DNA of 63,798 nt, counting the filler, from Octopus bimaculoides (lineage: Eukaryota): the NCBI RefSeq assembly GCF_001194135.2. It is 3 parts of 3 records of this genome, joined end to end, with 100 filler letters (N's around TTAATTAATTAA, not from the genome) between each part and the next. Parts side by side here need not be neighbours in the genome. Positions count along the whole stretch, not along the records: positions 32,085 to 62,519 come from NC_068983.1; positions 62,620 to 63,798 come from NW_026353857.1; 1 more part is not named here. The stretch is one strand, 5' to 3'. The translations under genes and the position numbers were made by a program. Below the pieces are notes generated by a model. That model was given only the letters and a program-made list of their open reading frames with translations, did no database searches and had not been told where the DNA came from. Positions 51,760-63,553 of this stretch are shown piece by piece (the stretch's first letter is position 1; each line of letters starts with the position of its first letter).

Positions 51760-51960
51760 GGGTACAGGACGTCACCAACAGTAAACAACATGAAATACGA
51801 AAACAATGAGTTCAATACGCAAACAACGAGAGAAGCAAGTGGAAAACAGGACAAGTAACATTAAGAACGACCCTTCGTCAGTTGTCGGCTGTCTATATGC
51901 TCCTCATTTCGAGCATTGAACAGCAATATGAGTCTTCGAAGGCAGTTGCTCCTGTAAGTA
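51760..51960 (-). mobile_element. Possible Penelope-like terminus
   Basis: Abuts a microsatellite. Minus strand has cct-tcgaaga...gctc-GAAA and CTGACGA motifs with a T-rich tail. Confidence 0.3.
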
Positions 51961-51990
51961 AACAAACACGGAGGGTCGTTAGACCAGAAC

Positions 51991-52112
51991 GTTACTGGCC
52001 AGCCATGAGACTCGAACTCACATCTCTGTGATTACGCGTCAAGTAAAAAAAAAAAAACACTTGACGCGTAATCACAGAGATGTGAGTCCGAGTCTCATGG
52101 CTGGCCAGTAAC
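51991..52112. repeat. 54-bp near-perfect inverted repeat of a tRNA-like 3' half, with poly-A loop
   Basis: Arms 51991-52044 and 52059-52112 have 1 mismatch. The arm contains the T-arm gtgag-ttcgagt-ctcat and ends ggctggcca. Confidence 0.9.
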
Positions 52113-53353
52113 ATATTTTTCTGCATTATATGGATAATTTATCCTGATCACGCTATTTATAGCATTATCACGTGTTTGAGAAATAAATTTATTTCTGTAT
52201 CTTACAATACATCTCAACGCTTCTAAAAAAAAAAAAAAAACTTTGATTGTTTACTTTCATCGTAAAGTTGAATACAAAGAGATGTGTTTTACAATATCGC
52301 TAAAATCGTTCCTTTGGGAGATTTTATTGCATTGCAACTTCATACAGTTAGTCATGTATGAAGTAAAGTATCTAGAACCTAATGAAAATAGATAAGGAAA
52401 ATGAAGGACAGCCTTGCTCAACGTCATACCACTGGGTTACGCTGGCAAGAGGCACATCGATATTTGCACTTATGCAACGCAGTACAGCTTTAAGATTCGG
52501 GACGTTCTCTTTCATGTTTTGCAGTATCGCATAGATGTTACACTTACACGCACCTGCTCATACAATGTTGCAATGCAATAAAATCTCATAATGAAATGAT
52601 TGTAGCAACTCCATGCAATCTATTTGTGTGCTTTCATTGTTATTTACACCATGCTGAAGTTCTTTTGAACTTTGGATGCTCTTGGATTTGCCAAACGCCA
52701 GTGGACTCCTCGATTGTTTACCTTTCAATTTGTGTGGTACCATATAGCCATTAATGTGGTCTGTTTTAGTTTGATATGCACCAATATAATCAGTCATCTT
52801 TAATCTCTCTATCTCTCTATCTATCTATCTATCTGAATTGTATATATATATANNNNNNNNNNNNNNNNNNNNNNNNNNNNNNNNNNNNNNNNNNNNNNNN
52901 NNNNNNNNNNNNNNNNNNNNNNNNNNNNNNNNNNNNNNNNNNNNNNNNNNNNNNNNNNNNNNNNNNNNNNNNNNNNNNNNNNNNNNNNNNNNNNNNNNNN
53001 NNNNNNNNNNNNNNNNNNNNNNNNNNNNNNNNNNNNNNNNNNNNNNNNNNNNNNNNNNNNNNNNNNNNNNNNNNNNNNNNNNNNNNNNNNNNNNNNNNNN
53101 NNNNNNNNNNNNNNNNNNNNNNNNNNNNNNNNNNNNNNNNNNNNNNNNNNNNNNNNNNNNNNNNNNNNNNNNNNNNNNNNNNNNNNNNNNNNNNNNNNNN
53201 NNNNNNNNNNNNNNNNNNNNNNNNNNNNNNNNNNNNNNNNNNNNNNNNNNNNNNNNNNNNNNNNNNNNNNNNNNNNNNNNNNNNNNNNNNNNNNNNNNNN
53301 NNNNNNNNNNNNNNNNNNNNNNNNNNNNNNNNNNNNNNNNNNNNNNNNNNNNN

Positions 53354-53401
<48 letters not shown>

Positions 53402-53639
53402 CTGTTACTTCCGTATGGACGTTCGTGGTTTGAGGTCTACACATTTCGAGATAAGGATGTTGTCTGTCTGTGTGTCGGTGTGTGTTTGACAATGATGAGT
53501 TTATGGTTGACATGTTATTCATGGTTTTGTGCATAATACAAAAGCAAGTTTGCAGCATCAGGTAGCATCAGGTAATGTCCACACAGGTAAAATGGTAGAA
53601 TAAGTATGTACGTATGTTCTCTTCTATTTTTAATTATTT

Positions 53640-56190
53640 AAATTCTTCTTCTCAGGAAGGAGCGTGTTTCTAAGAAGGATAAACATTTTCCATTGCTGGT
53701 ATGTAGATAATGAGAATAACTCACATTTCAAACTTGAGAAATGTCTTGTATGGTTTTACTATTCCACTTAGAGATTTAATCTCTAATGTGCAAGTTAGTA
53801 GGTTTCTTTTTCTGAAAATCCAAGCTTATCCAGAGTGTCAGTTAGGCATTTAGCCACAAAACCAAGTGTACCAATTATTATTGGCATAATTCTAAATTTG
53901 TAATCTGGATAAACAAACTGGAGGTTCCCTGACAGTCGTCTATAGCTATCCTCTTTCTGTCTATTTTTGAAAGAAGTTGACATTAGCAGGACAGCTGATC
54001 TCTGTGAAAGTGCGTACTTTTTCCTATCTGTCCCAAGCAACAATATCGGGCCTCTTATACTCACACTTGACAGATGTTTTTATGGGAATGTTCCACCAGT
54101 ATTCATTGTGTTGATGTTTGTATACGTATTCAATAGTTTCAATGGCATTGTATGTTGTTTTTGCGACAACGTCGTCTAGCAAAGGGAAGTAATACCATGG
54201 TGACATTTTTGGTAGCTGTTAATCACATGACATAGTGTACATGTTCTGTTACATCTTGGAACTCCAACGGCTTCACTGTCTTTTTTGTTTATTAGACATT
54301 TAGCTGCAATCTCCTGTTCTTGGATTGCAAATGCACAGCTTTCGAAGAGTGATGTAATGTAGTGGTCATGAGTTCAAGAGAGGCTTCGCTTCATGTCAAT
54401 ATTACTAAGTCTTCGGGAAACATACCCGTGAATGGTCTTTTTTTCTTATTTTTGGTATTCTGATCGTTTCACATCAAGGTTTTCTTTGGGATATGTTAGT
54501 CTTGTTCATTTGGAGATGTATGAGAGGCCATCATGGAGTCAATGGTTCCCGAGGAGCTCGCTGACGACACGTAGAATATTGCTCCCTTCACTTTTCAGCA
54601 TTCAGTCAGCATATTTATTTTTGCTGTTACTGTTTAGCGAGTGCTGTCTGAGAGAGAACATAGGACATTCGAAGGCTGTCTGCACTAACCTCAATCCTCT
54701 ACTTTCTTTATCTCCTCTTAGATAGAGCCTATCCATATCACTATTCCTGTGAAGATTTCCAGTTTATATCAATATCTTACGGGTTTTAACATTTATGGAG
54801 TATGTTTCTTCTAAAGGCCAGTCAAGTATCGCAAATGTTAGAATCAGCACTGGTACTGAAAATTCAATTGTGAGATGTCTTGCAAGAGGAGTTCTAACTG
54901 CCATTTTTTCTAAGTCAAGCATAATATTCTCGGCTCACTCTATCTTCATCCATAGTAACTTTTTATTATGTTTTCCTCCATTCTTAGGTAGCTGTAGCAT
55001 TATTTGCGTGGACAGGGAGATAATAAGACCATTGAGGCACATGTTTTGGATCTGGTGACTGATTTTCCCCGTTCAACCATCGAATATGAACATTTCTTTT
55101 GGCTAAATTGCATTCCAATATCAGCTGAAAACGTCGCTATTAATCCCTTTTTTTATTGTTTACCTTTTTAGCATAAATTTTGTAGTCATCCACAAAAGAT
55201 TACTGGCTCCATTAGTATCTCTAGCAGTTGCAGACCGGTACATGTAGCCATTTGATTTTTGTAGCAGGAATGGATTTAATGCAGCAAGAATGGATTTAAT
55301 GCAGCAAGAATGGATTTAATGCAGCGGGAATGGATTTAGTGCCAAGTTGAACAGAATTACAGGAAGACGTTCTCCTTGGAATATTCTCTTTGAAATATTT
55401 GTAACATTCGAGACGATCGTTCTGCTCTCAGTTGTAAATGTAAGAACTGTTGCCAAGATCTTTGTGAGTCTCTCAATGGCAGCAATTAAGACAGAAGGTA
55501 CTTTTGCCATATGGATACACATCAGCACTCATGAGATGAAAATAGAGTCAAATGCCTTCCTGTAATGAAACCATACTGTTGTGAAGCTCCTACGATGTTT
55601 TTTTTTCACTTCATACAGTACAGCTATGTTTATCAAAAGTTGTTTGGCACATCCCTACTCTCCCTTTTTTCCACCTGCCAGCCCATCAGTCACTATTTTG
55701 TTGGACTTGCAATGATCCTGGAAGAATTGTTTGAGACAGCTTCTGCACAACTTGCACATAATATTTAGGCAAGCAATGGACATATATTTTTATGCACACT
55801 CGATTGATTTCAATCTTACGTACAAGTTTTATCCGTGCTATAGCAAGCCAATTTGGTATGTCAATCTGACCTTCCATTGTGCTTCTGAATAAACATAGTA
55901 GTTTACAGTAAAAATGTCAGCCTTTTTTTTTTACTAGTATCTAACTATTAGGTCCCTTCCAGTACCTTTCCAATCTACTGTAGTGAAATTTTGGGGCATG
56001 TTTTACTGTTGATGTTGGAACGGCATTCTCCCCTTAATGAATTTATCTACAGTGTGTTAAAGTTGAGATCTCTTTTCGTTCCAAATTTTCAACGAGAAGG
56101 ATTCAAGATCTTCTTGAGTGATGCTTTCTTAATGGAAATTTTTCCTTTCTCATTTCTCTGTATGATTTCGGTGGGTTGGAAGCAAACTTG
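53640..56190 (-). mobile_element. R4/Dong-like non-LTR retrotransposon (RT plus restriction-like endonuclease), degraded and 5'-truncated
   Basis: Minus-strand peptides IPNWLAIARIKLV, IFQGERLPVILFNLALNP, LFVDDYKIYA, AFAIQEQEIAAKCL, CTLCH, KRPDIVAWDR and YPDYKFRIMPIIIGTLG, with many stops. Confidence 0.8.
55263..55342. repeat. 20-bp unit x4 (agcaagaatggatttaatgc) inside the RT coding region
   Basis: Two perfect central units and two variant outer units. Confidence 0.9.
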
Positions 56191-56454
56191 TGATATATAT
56201 ATATATATATATATANNNNNNNNNNNNNNNNNNNNNNNNNNNNNNNNNNNNNNNNNNNNNNNNNNNNNNNNNNNNNNNNNNNNNNNNNNNNNNNNNNNNN
56301 NNNNNNNNNNNNNNNNNNNNNNNNNNNNNNNNNNNNNNNNNNNNNNNNNNNNNNNNNNNNNNNNNNNNNNNNNNNNNNNNNNNNNNNNNNNNNNNNNNNN
56401 NNNNNNNNNNNNNNNNNNNNNNNNNNNNNNNNNNNNNNNNNNNNNNNNNNNNNT

Positions 56455-59090
56455 ATAACTTTGATAGGTTTCGGCCAGTATTGGCCCAGGCTATATCTAA
56501 CTTAATAGCACCACCTGGTGAAGTCATTTAGTCATATATGGGGCACCATCGCCCACTCTAGCAAAGAGTTATTATTGTTGGAGACGTATCCGGGTGTAGG
56601 CGGTTGGTCCGGGATTTTTTGAAGAAATTTGTCCAGTGAACATTTGAATTTTATGGGATCCGTTTCAGTTTTGACGTATTTTGGTATGGTATTAAAAAAA
56701 GCTGGACCGGTTGAGGTAAAGTAATGTTGCTATGTGTACCGAGTTCGATTTTTGTAGTGGGCGGATAGCACGGGGGCCAAGTCTTGGATGGACTTTAAAA
56801 TTGACGCTAAAATCATGTGTGTAATATTGATAGAATATTTTCCACATAACACAAATGATGTAGCGCTCCCGGCGGCGTTGGAGACAGAGATTGAATTTTT
56901 TAGTCGACCCCAATAATCAATGCCTCTCATGCCATCTATCTTTCTTGTTATTGACCTCTGGAGTGCTTCTACTTTCATAATGAATTGCTTCGTATGGGGA
57001 GACCACAGTGGGCAACAGTATTCAAGGTGGGATCGGGCAAAAGTAGAGTAGAGAAGGATGATGGTGTAGGCATTTCTAGACCGGAAAGTTCTCATAATCC
57101 AGGAGCACATCTTGTGGGCCAAGTCGACCTTGTTGTTTACGTGGGAACTCCAGCTTAGATTGTTATCAACAATTACTCCAAAGTCTCTGGTGTTGTTGGA
57201 TGACACTAGGGAGTCGCCCGAGGGAAGAGCATATGGTAATTTCAGTGTTTCTTCTTTTCCAAAGTTGATCAAATAAAATTTATCTTCATTTAAAAGCATA
57301 TTGTTTTTTCCGCCCATTGGACAATATCAAACAGATCTGATTGAAAGCATGTTCGGTCTTCCATGCCATTTATGACTTTCTGGAGTTTGGCATCATCTGC
57401 AAAGATTTTCGATGTAGAATGTTTGATGACATCTACTTTGTCGTTGATGTAAATAATGAAGAGGAGTGGGTTCAACACTGTACCTTGTGGGAAATCACTA
57501 CTGAGCTGGATCGTATTCCCTCAAACACATGTTGGATTCTGTTCGTCAGGAAACTCTTTATCCACTGCAGCAGCTTTCCACAGACTCCAATGTTGGACAG
57601 TTTTTTCAGCAGGATTTTGTGGCCCACTCTGTCAAATGCCTTGCTGAAATCAAGATATATGAGGTCAGTGTTGGAGCCCTCTCCTAACGATTTTAAGATA
57701 TCATCAAAATGGTGCAGAAGCTGCGACAGGCAGTCCCTGCCATCACGGAAACCATGCTGGTTGGGGTTCAACAGATTGTTGTCTTCGAGTAACTGAGTTA
57801 TTCGCGATCTCACCACCCTCTCAAATACTTTAATAACATGAGAATTGAGTGAAATCGGACAGTAGTTCACAATAAGAGATTTGTTTCCCTTTTTTAAGGC
57901 TGGTACGACAGACTGGCAAAAAAAGGAAATGATCAGGAATGTAACCTGCATCAAGTGAGTTTCTCCAGAGCTCAGGTAGCTGGAGTGCAATTTGATGTCG
58001 ACACATCTTCAGGACAGTGGCCGGGAACTTATCGGGACTTACAGCCGAGTTGCGCTTGATCTTATCTATTTTTGTTAGGATATCAGGAGTTCCAAAAGTT
58101 ATGTCAGATATGGTTAGTTGAGGGTTTACATCACTGATACTAATCAGATCAACCGCATTAGCATTACTGAAAACAGAGCAGTATTGTCTCTGCAGTATCT
58201 CACACATGGATTTTGCATCATCAACCAGAGGACGAACAGTGGAAAGAGCGTCTTTATGTTTTTTTGCAAATGAAAAGGACATTTTGAGATTGAGTTTTAT
58301 TTACTCAATGACCCAACTCTCCTCAGCTGCTTTTCGACTGTTAATGATGGTCATCAGGCTTTTTAGGAGGTCGTGTGTTTTTTTGATTTGAGTGATGCAA
58401 TGCAGTCGAATGGGTGCGTTGCTGCTGGAAGTATTTAAGTTGTTTGATTTTCTTGTTAATTCTTTTTATTTATTTTTATTTTTTGATAATTGCTCTTCTA
58501 TTTCTAGGGATTCTGCACTTAGATTTGTATACTGATCTTAACGAACTATGTTTTACGTATATGTTTGTTACAGTTTCTACAAATGTCTGCCATGATGTGT
58601 TTATGTTGGAGAGGGTGAGTGCGTGTGTGAAGGCCCAATCAACTTGTGAAAGATCATGATTGATCGTATCGCAGTCTGCGTTATGAAGATCCATAGTGTC
58701 GAATGAATGGACTGGAGAGATGTCACTGGATTTGATCTTAGGGTAGTAGAATCTCAGATCGCAGAGAACCATGTCTTATGTCTTCTTAAATAACTTACTG
58801 AAGTAGTTTGGTTTTCATCGGTGGTGACGTTGTTAGTTTCATCTGTAGTGGTGTTAGTTTCAGCCATAATCGTGTTAGCGAGATTCAACGTGGTGTAGAT
58901 GTATATTTTAAAATCTGCTCAAGATAGAGCTACGATGGCGAGTAAAAGGTGTTTCTCTTATTAATTATTGAAGAAATAAACTAGTAACCGATTTAGGCTG
59001 GAGAAGTCGGCATATTTCTAGAGGAAGCTGTTCAAAACGGACTTTTTAAATGGTTCTCTACACTTGTACGTCCGATGTTGACGGCGCCAT
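56455..59090 (-). mobile_element. CR1-clade LINE: RT, C-terminus and 3' UTR; apparent 5' UTR/ORF1 start joined by a large internal deletion
   Basis: YLDFSKAFDRV, PQGTVLNPLLFIIYIND, FADDAKL, RSHLEYCCPLWSPH and LDKFLQKIPDQP are present with frameshifts. The post-endonuclease region starts at 58772; the 58780-59090 assignment is inferred. Confidence 0.88.
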
Positions 59091-59092
59091 TA

Positions 59093-59165
59093 TGTATGTA
59101 TGTATGTATGTATGTATGTATGTATGTATGTATGTATGTATGTAGGTAGGTAGGTAGGTAGGTAT
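59093..59165. repeat. (TATG)n(TAGG)n microsatellite
   Basis: Directly visible. Confidence 0.95.
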
Positions 59166-59659
59166 GCTTGTATGTGTGGATGTACATACATATGCATGCG
59201 TGTCTGTGTTAAATTACGAACGCGAGATTACTCGTTCACACTCTCAATATATAACAATTAATCAAGAATGCAGACAATATATCTTCATCTTTAGACATTC
59301 GTGTTTTGATATTGAAATAAACCTTTAAGAATTTCATGAGATTACAGAATGTTCACAGTCTCTGTTACAAGAAGACATCATAAATAGGCTTGATGAATAT
59401 GTTACGTTGCCTGGTGATTTCTACCCCTAACATACACTATTCCACCTCCTGAGACGGCTCTTTATTAGTTTGATATGTTTGTTTGTTACACTGCTATCTT
59501 GTTTCCAGTGATTACTGGACAAATATTTACACAATTGATTGACCTTGCATGAAAACTATTGAAATACAGAGTTATAGTATAGTAAGTTACGCGAACAACG
59601 ATTTAAAAGCGGGATGAGGGTATTAAATTTATTCTCATCTCTTATTGATATAGTGATAA

Positions 59660-59831
59660 AATAACAAGAATAACAACAACAACAACAATGATAATAATAA
59701 TAATAGTTCTTTCACAGAATAGTAATAGTAATAACAGCAAGAACAACAATAATAATTGTAATAATAGATATTCTTATTGTCGTTTTTGACATGATTATTA
59801 TTAAGTAGTTGTTGCTGCTGTTGCTGTTGTT

Positions 59832-59866
<35 letters not shown>

Positions 59867-59920
59867 AGTTGTTGTTGTTGTTTTGTTGTTGTCGTTGTTT
59901 TTGTTGTTATCATTAGTTAA
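59660..59920. repeat. (AAC/AAT)n and (TTG)n trinucleotide tracts
   Basis: Directly visible. Confidence 0.9.
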
Positions 59921-60262
59921 TAACCTTTTCTTCTTATCAGAGACACAAATATGTTGCCAATGATATATGTATGAACAATAAAGCAATATTAATGTTGTGG
60001 AAAAGTTTCTTTTAATTCCTTTTCATGAATGGTTATTAAAGATATATAATGATGCATTAATAATTGATAGTGAAAAGAGAAACAGCAGAACAGTATTATG
60101 AGGAATATAGGAAACTTGAAGATGAAAAATATAATAAATAGAAAAGGTAAGTGATCAGTTGATAAAAGGGAAAAAAGATCTCATAAAAAATTAATAACCA
60201 ACAGTTGAAATGATATATTGGCATATACGTTTACGCCTCTAACTACATGTTTGTGAGTGTGT

Positions 60263-60315
<53 letters not shown>

Positions 60316-60389
60316 TGTGACTGTGTTTGTGTGTGTGCAGAGGCATGGTATGTAAACTTGCATATGTATATATGTTCATTTTATTCATC

Positions 60390-60587
60390 TACTTCTTTCA
60401 GTCATTTGACTGCGGCCATGCCAGAGCACCACTTTTAGTCGAAAAAATCGACCCCAGGACTTATTTTTTGTAAGCCCAGTACTTACTTTATCGGTGTCTT
60501 TTGTCGATACGCTAGATTACGGATACGTAAACACGCCAGCATCAGTTGTTAAGCGATGGTTGGGGGACAATCACAGACACACACAGA
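60390..60587 (-). mobile_element. SINE family A tail half running into gap
   Basis: ttcagtcatttgactgcggccatg...gaccccaggacttat...gggggacaatcacagacac. Confidence 0.8.
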
Positions 60588-60896
60588 NNNNNNNNNNNNN
60601 NNNNNNNNNNNNNNNNNNNNNNNNNNNNNNNNNNNNNNNNNNNNNNNNNNNNNNNNNNNNNNNNNNNNNNNNNNNNNNNNNNNNNNNNNNNNNNNNNNNN
60701 NNNNNNNNNNNNNNNNNNNNNNNNNNNNNNNNNNNNNNNNNNNNNNNNNNNNNNNNNNNNNNNNNNNNNNNNNNNNNNNNNNNNNNNNNNNNNNNNNNNN
60801 NNNNNNNNNNNNNNNNNNNNNNNNNNNNNNNNNNNNNNNNNNNNNNNNNNNNNNNNNNNNNNNNNNNNNNNNNNNNNNNNNNNNNNNNNNNNNNNN

Positions 60897-60938
<42 letters not shown>

Positions 60939-60998
60939 CGGGATAAAAATCCAAATTTACAGGTAAAAACTCAATTAAATTCAATTCATCAATCTGTC

Positions 60999-61620
60999 CT
61001 AAGACTTCTTTAACTTTATGTGGTCCGTTTCCGTATTAATGAGTTTTGGTGTAATGTTAAAGAGAGCAGGGCCAATTGATGTGAAATGAATGTGCCGTAT
61101 TTCTGCTGTGAGATGTAAGTGTGATTTATGGTATGGACGAATAAAACGAGACCCAAGCCTTGGGTGTAACTTTAAGGTGATGCCAACATCATTTGGGCAA
61201 TGCTGATGAAATATTTTCCACATCATGCAGATGATGTAGCGCTCAAGGCGACGTTGAGGAGAATAAAGCTTGAGCTTTGTTAGTCGATCCCAACAGTCAA
61301 GGCCTGTCATGCCAACTATCCTTTTTGTAATTGACTTTTGGGGTGCTCCAATTTTCATGATGCTTTGTTTCGTGTGGGGAGACCACATTGGACAACAGTA
61401 TTCAAGGGTCGAGCAAAAGTAGAGAAGAGAAGGATAATGGTTTGGATATATCTCGGCTGGAATGTTCTGAGAATTCAGGAGTAGATTCTGTGGACCCTGT
61501 TGAATTTTCTGTTTATGTGAGTTGCCCAGCTTATGTTGTCTGCAAGTAATCCCAAGTTTCCGATGTTATTAGATGCAACGAGAGTGTCACCTGAAGGAAG
61601 GGAGTATAGGAGTTTCACAG
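60999..61620 (-). mobile_element. CR1-clade LINE ORF2 C-terminal fragment
   Basis: TLEYCCPMWSPHTK...WDRLTKLKLYSPQRRLERYIIC...FTSIGPALFN; homologous to 56650-57250. Confidence 0.85.
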
Positions 61621-62096
61621 CAATAGTCTTCGGACATATATGCTGCTGTTGGTAGTATTTTAGTTTGTTAAATTTTTGTTGTTTTTATTTTACAGGTTTT
61701 GGGGGAGTGTGTTTTGCACATATATTTGTGACGTGCTTTTACTTATTAATTTTTCTATATGTGACAGTGGATTTTCATCGATGAGTTCATGAACCTTGGT
61801 TCTTTTCCCTAAAACTATATATATATATAAATATATAATGCAAGAGAGTTAGGGGTTGAGGATTCAACCGACTAAGGGATAGTATCTATCAAATATACTG
61901 CTGGGAGGGTACCCAATTATTGTTACACTAGTGTTATACCTAGTGTAATAAGTGGGAGCGGGTAAAAGGGGGGGGGGGGGTGTTTTACCCTAAATTTATA
62001 TATCAATTAGAAAATGGAGGTTAATATGCTGTACCCAACGACTTGCAGACAGTGTATCCCGTTGAATTCATTAACTTAATTTGTAACTAAAGTGAC

Positions 62097-62519
62097 AAAA
62101 AACCACAAAGTACAAATGTTTATGACAAACCATGTTATATTGACAACCACGTTTACAAATAAAAGTACATAAGGAATTTGAGAATAAACATAAACTTAAT
62201 CTTACAGCTGTTTCGGCCTAGTGTTGGCATGCCCCATTCTATTCGAATAGCTCCTGCCGGAGTAATTAGCAGATGAAATGCTGAAATAGGGGTACATGCA
62301 CGTACCCCAATTTCATGCATGTACCCCCATTTCAGCATTTCATCTGCTAATTACTCCGGCAGGAGCTATTCGAATAGAATGGGGCATGCCAACACTAGGC
62401 CGAAACAGCTGTAAGATTAAGTTTATGTTTATTCTCAAATTCCTTATGTACATTTATTTGTAAACCCGGTTGTCAATATAGCATGGTTTGTCATAAACAC
62501 TTGTACTTTGTGGGGTTTT
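62097..62519. repeat. ~204-bp-arm palindrome with 15-nt spacer, possibly Penelope-derived
   Basis: 62097-62300 versus 62316-62519 have about 8 mismatches by manual comparison. The arm contains gccGAAACAGCTGTA. Confidence 0.9.
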
Positions 62520-62619
62520 NNNNNNNNNNNNNNNNNNNNNNNNNNNNNNNNNNNNNNNNNNNNTTAATTAATTAANNNNNNNNNNNNNNNNNNNNNNNNN
62601 NNNNNNNNNNNNNNNNNNN
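62520..62619. other. Artificial scaffold-joining spacer N44-TTAATTAATTAA-N44
   Basis: Identical layout to 31985-32084. Confidence 0.9.
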
Positions 62620-63197
62620 ATTTTCACAAAAAGCTGAAAACATGAACAAACAAACAAAAAAAAAAAGAAGCTCCCCACCAATTTCAAATACATCATAATT
62701 GTTACCTTTTGTGTTCTTGAGCATGCCACTGGTAGTCGTGAAGGGGTAGACATCATTTTTGGCAAATATAAATATTTTAGTGAGTAATAAATCACATCGT
62801 ACGAACCATCATTCCAACGTCTGTATTTACGAGTGTACCTTTATAACTGTTTGTTCTTTAAAATTTATGGTTCTCTACTTGTGAAACAGGATGATCATGT
62901 TAAACACTTAAAGATCCTGTTTATGGGTGTGTTTTGCTATATGTGACAGCAAAACAATGGAAGAAAAGAAAAGTGTAATGAATTCATTTTTGACTGGAAC
63001 TTCAAGTTTTGCCAAATACATTATTCAACTAGTATTTGTTCATTAAAAATAAGAGTTTTTAAAATAGATAAAAACAAAGCATTTGTTAAATGGACAAATG
63101 ACTCATTGATTGTATAGAGTCAAATATCTATTATAAGAACACATGCACACACACAATTTTATATATAAACATACAAACACACAAACATATACACATA

Positions 63198-63400
63198 TCA
63201 TCATCATCATCATCATCACTTAAATGTGCACTTTTCCATGCTCTCATGGATCAGATGAAATTTGTTGAGGTAGATTTTCTATGGCTGGATGCCCTTCCTG
63301 TCACCAACTCTCAAGTGTTTCCAAGTATGGTAACATTACTCCATGGCCAGACATGTTTCCACAGAAGATTGGAAACGAAGGACACCACTTGTATGACAAA
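63198..63400 (-). mobile_element. RTE-tailed SINE 3' portion (same type as 12740-12893)
   Basis: Reverse reads catggagtaatgttacc..cttggaaac...gttggtgacaggaagggcatccagcc...gcatggaaaagtgcac...(gat)n. Confidence 0.7.
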
Positions 63401-63519
63401 GAATGCTTATTTTCTTTTTAAGCCTGGTTCTTATTCTAGGGGTCGTTTTGCTGAACTGCTAAGAGCATTGGCTACTAACTCCAAGATTGCCAGTTCAATT
63501 TCAGACAGTGCCTTGAATA

Positions 63520-63553
<34 letters not shown>

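Noticed and set aside
51995-52044. Functional tRNA-Thr gene
   Set aside because: Only the anticodon arm, T-arm and 3' acceptor strand are present; there is no 5' acceptor strand or D-arm.
56470-56505. Hammerhead in the CR1 3' UTR (GGCC-aatact-GGCC-GAAAC, minus strand)
   Set aside because: No CUGANGA-like box. It is better explained as the ordinary LINE 3' stem-loop.
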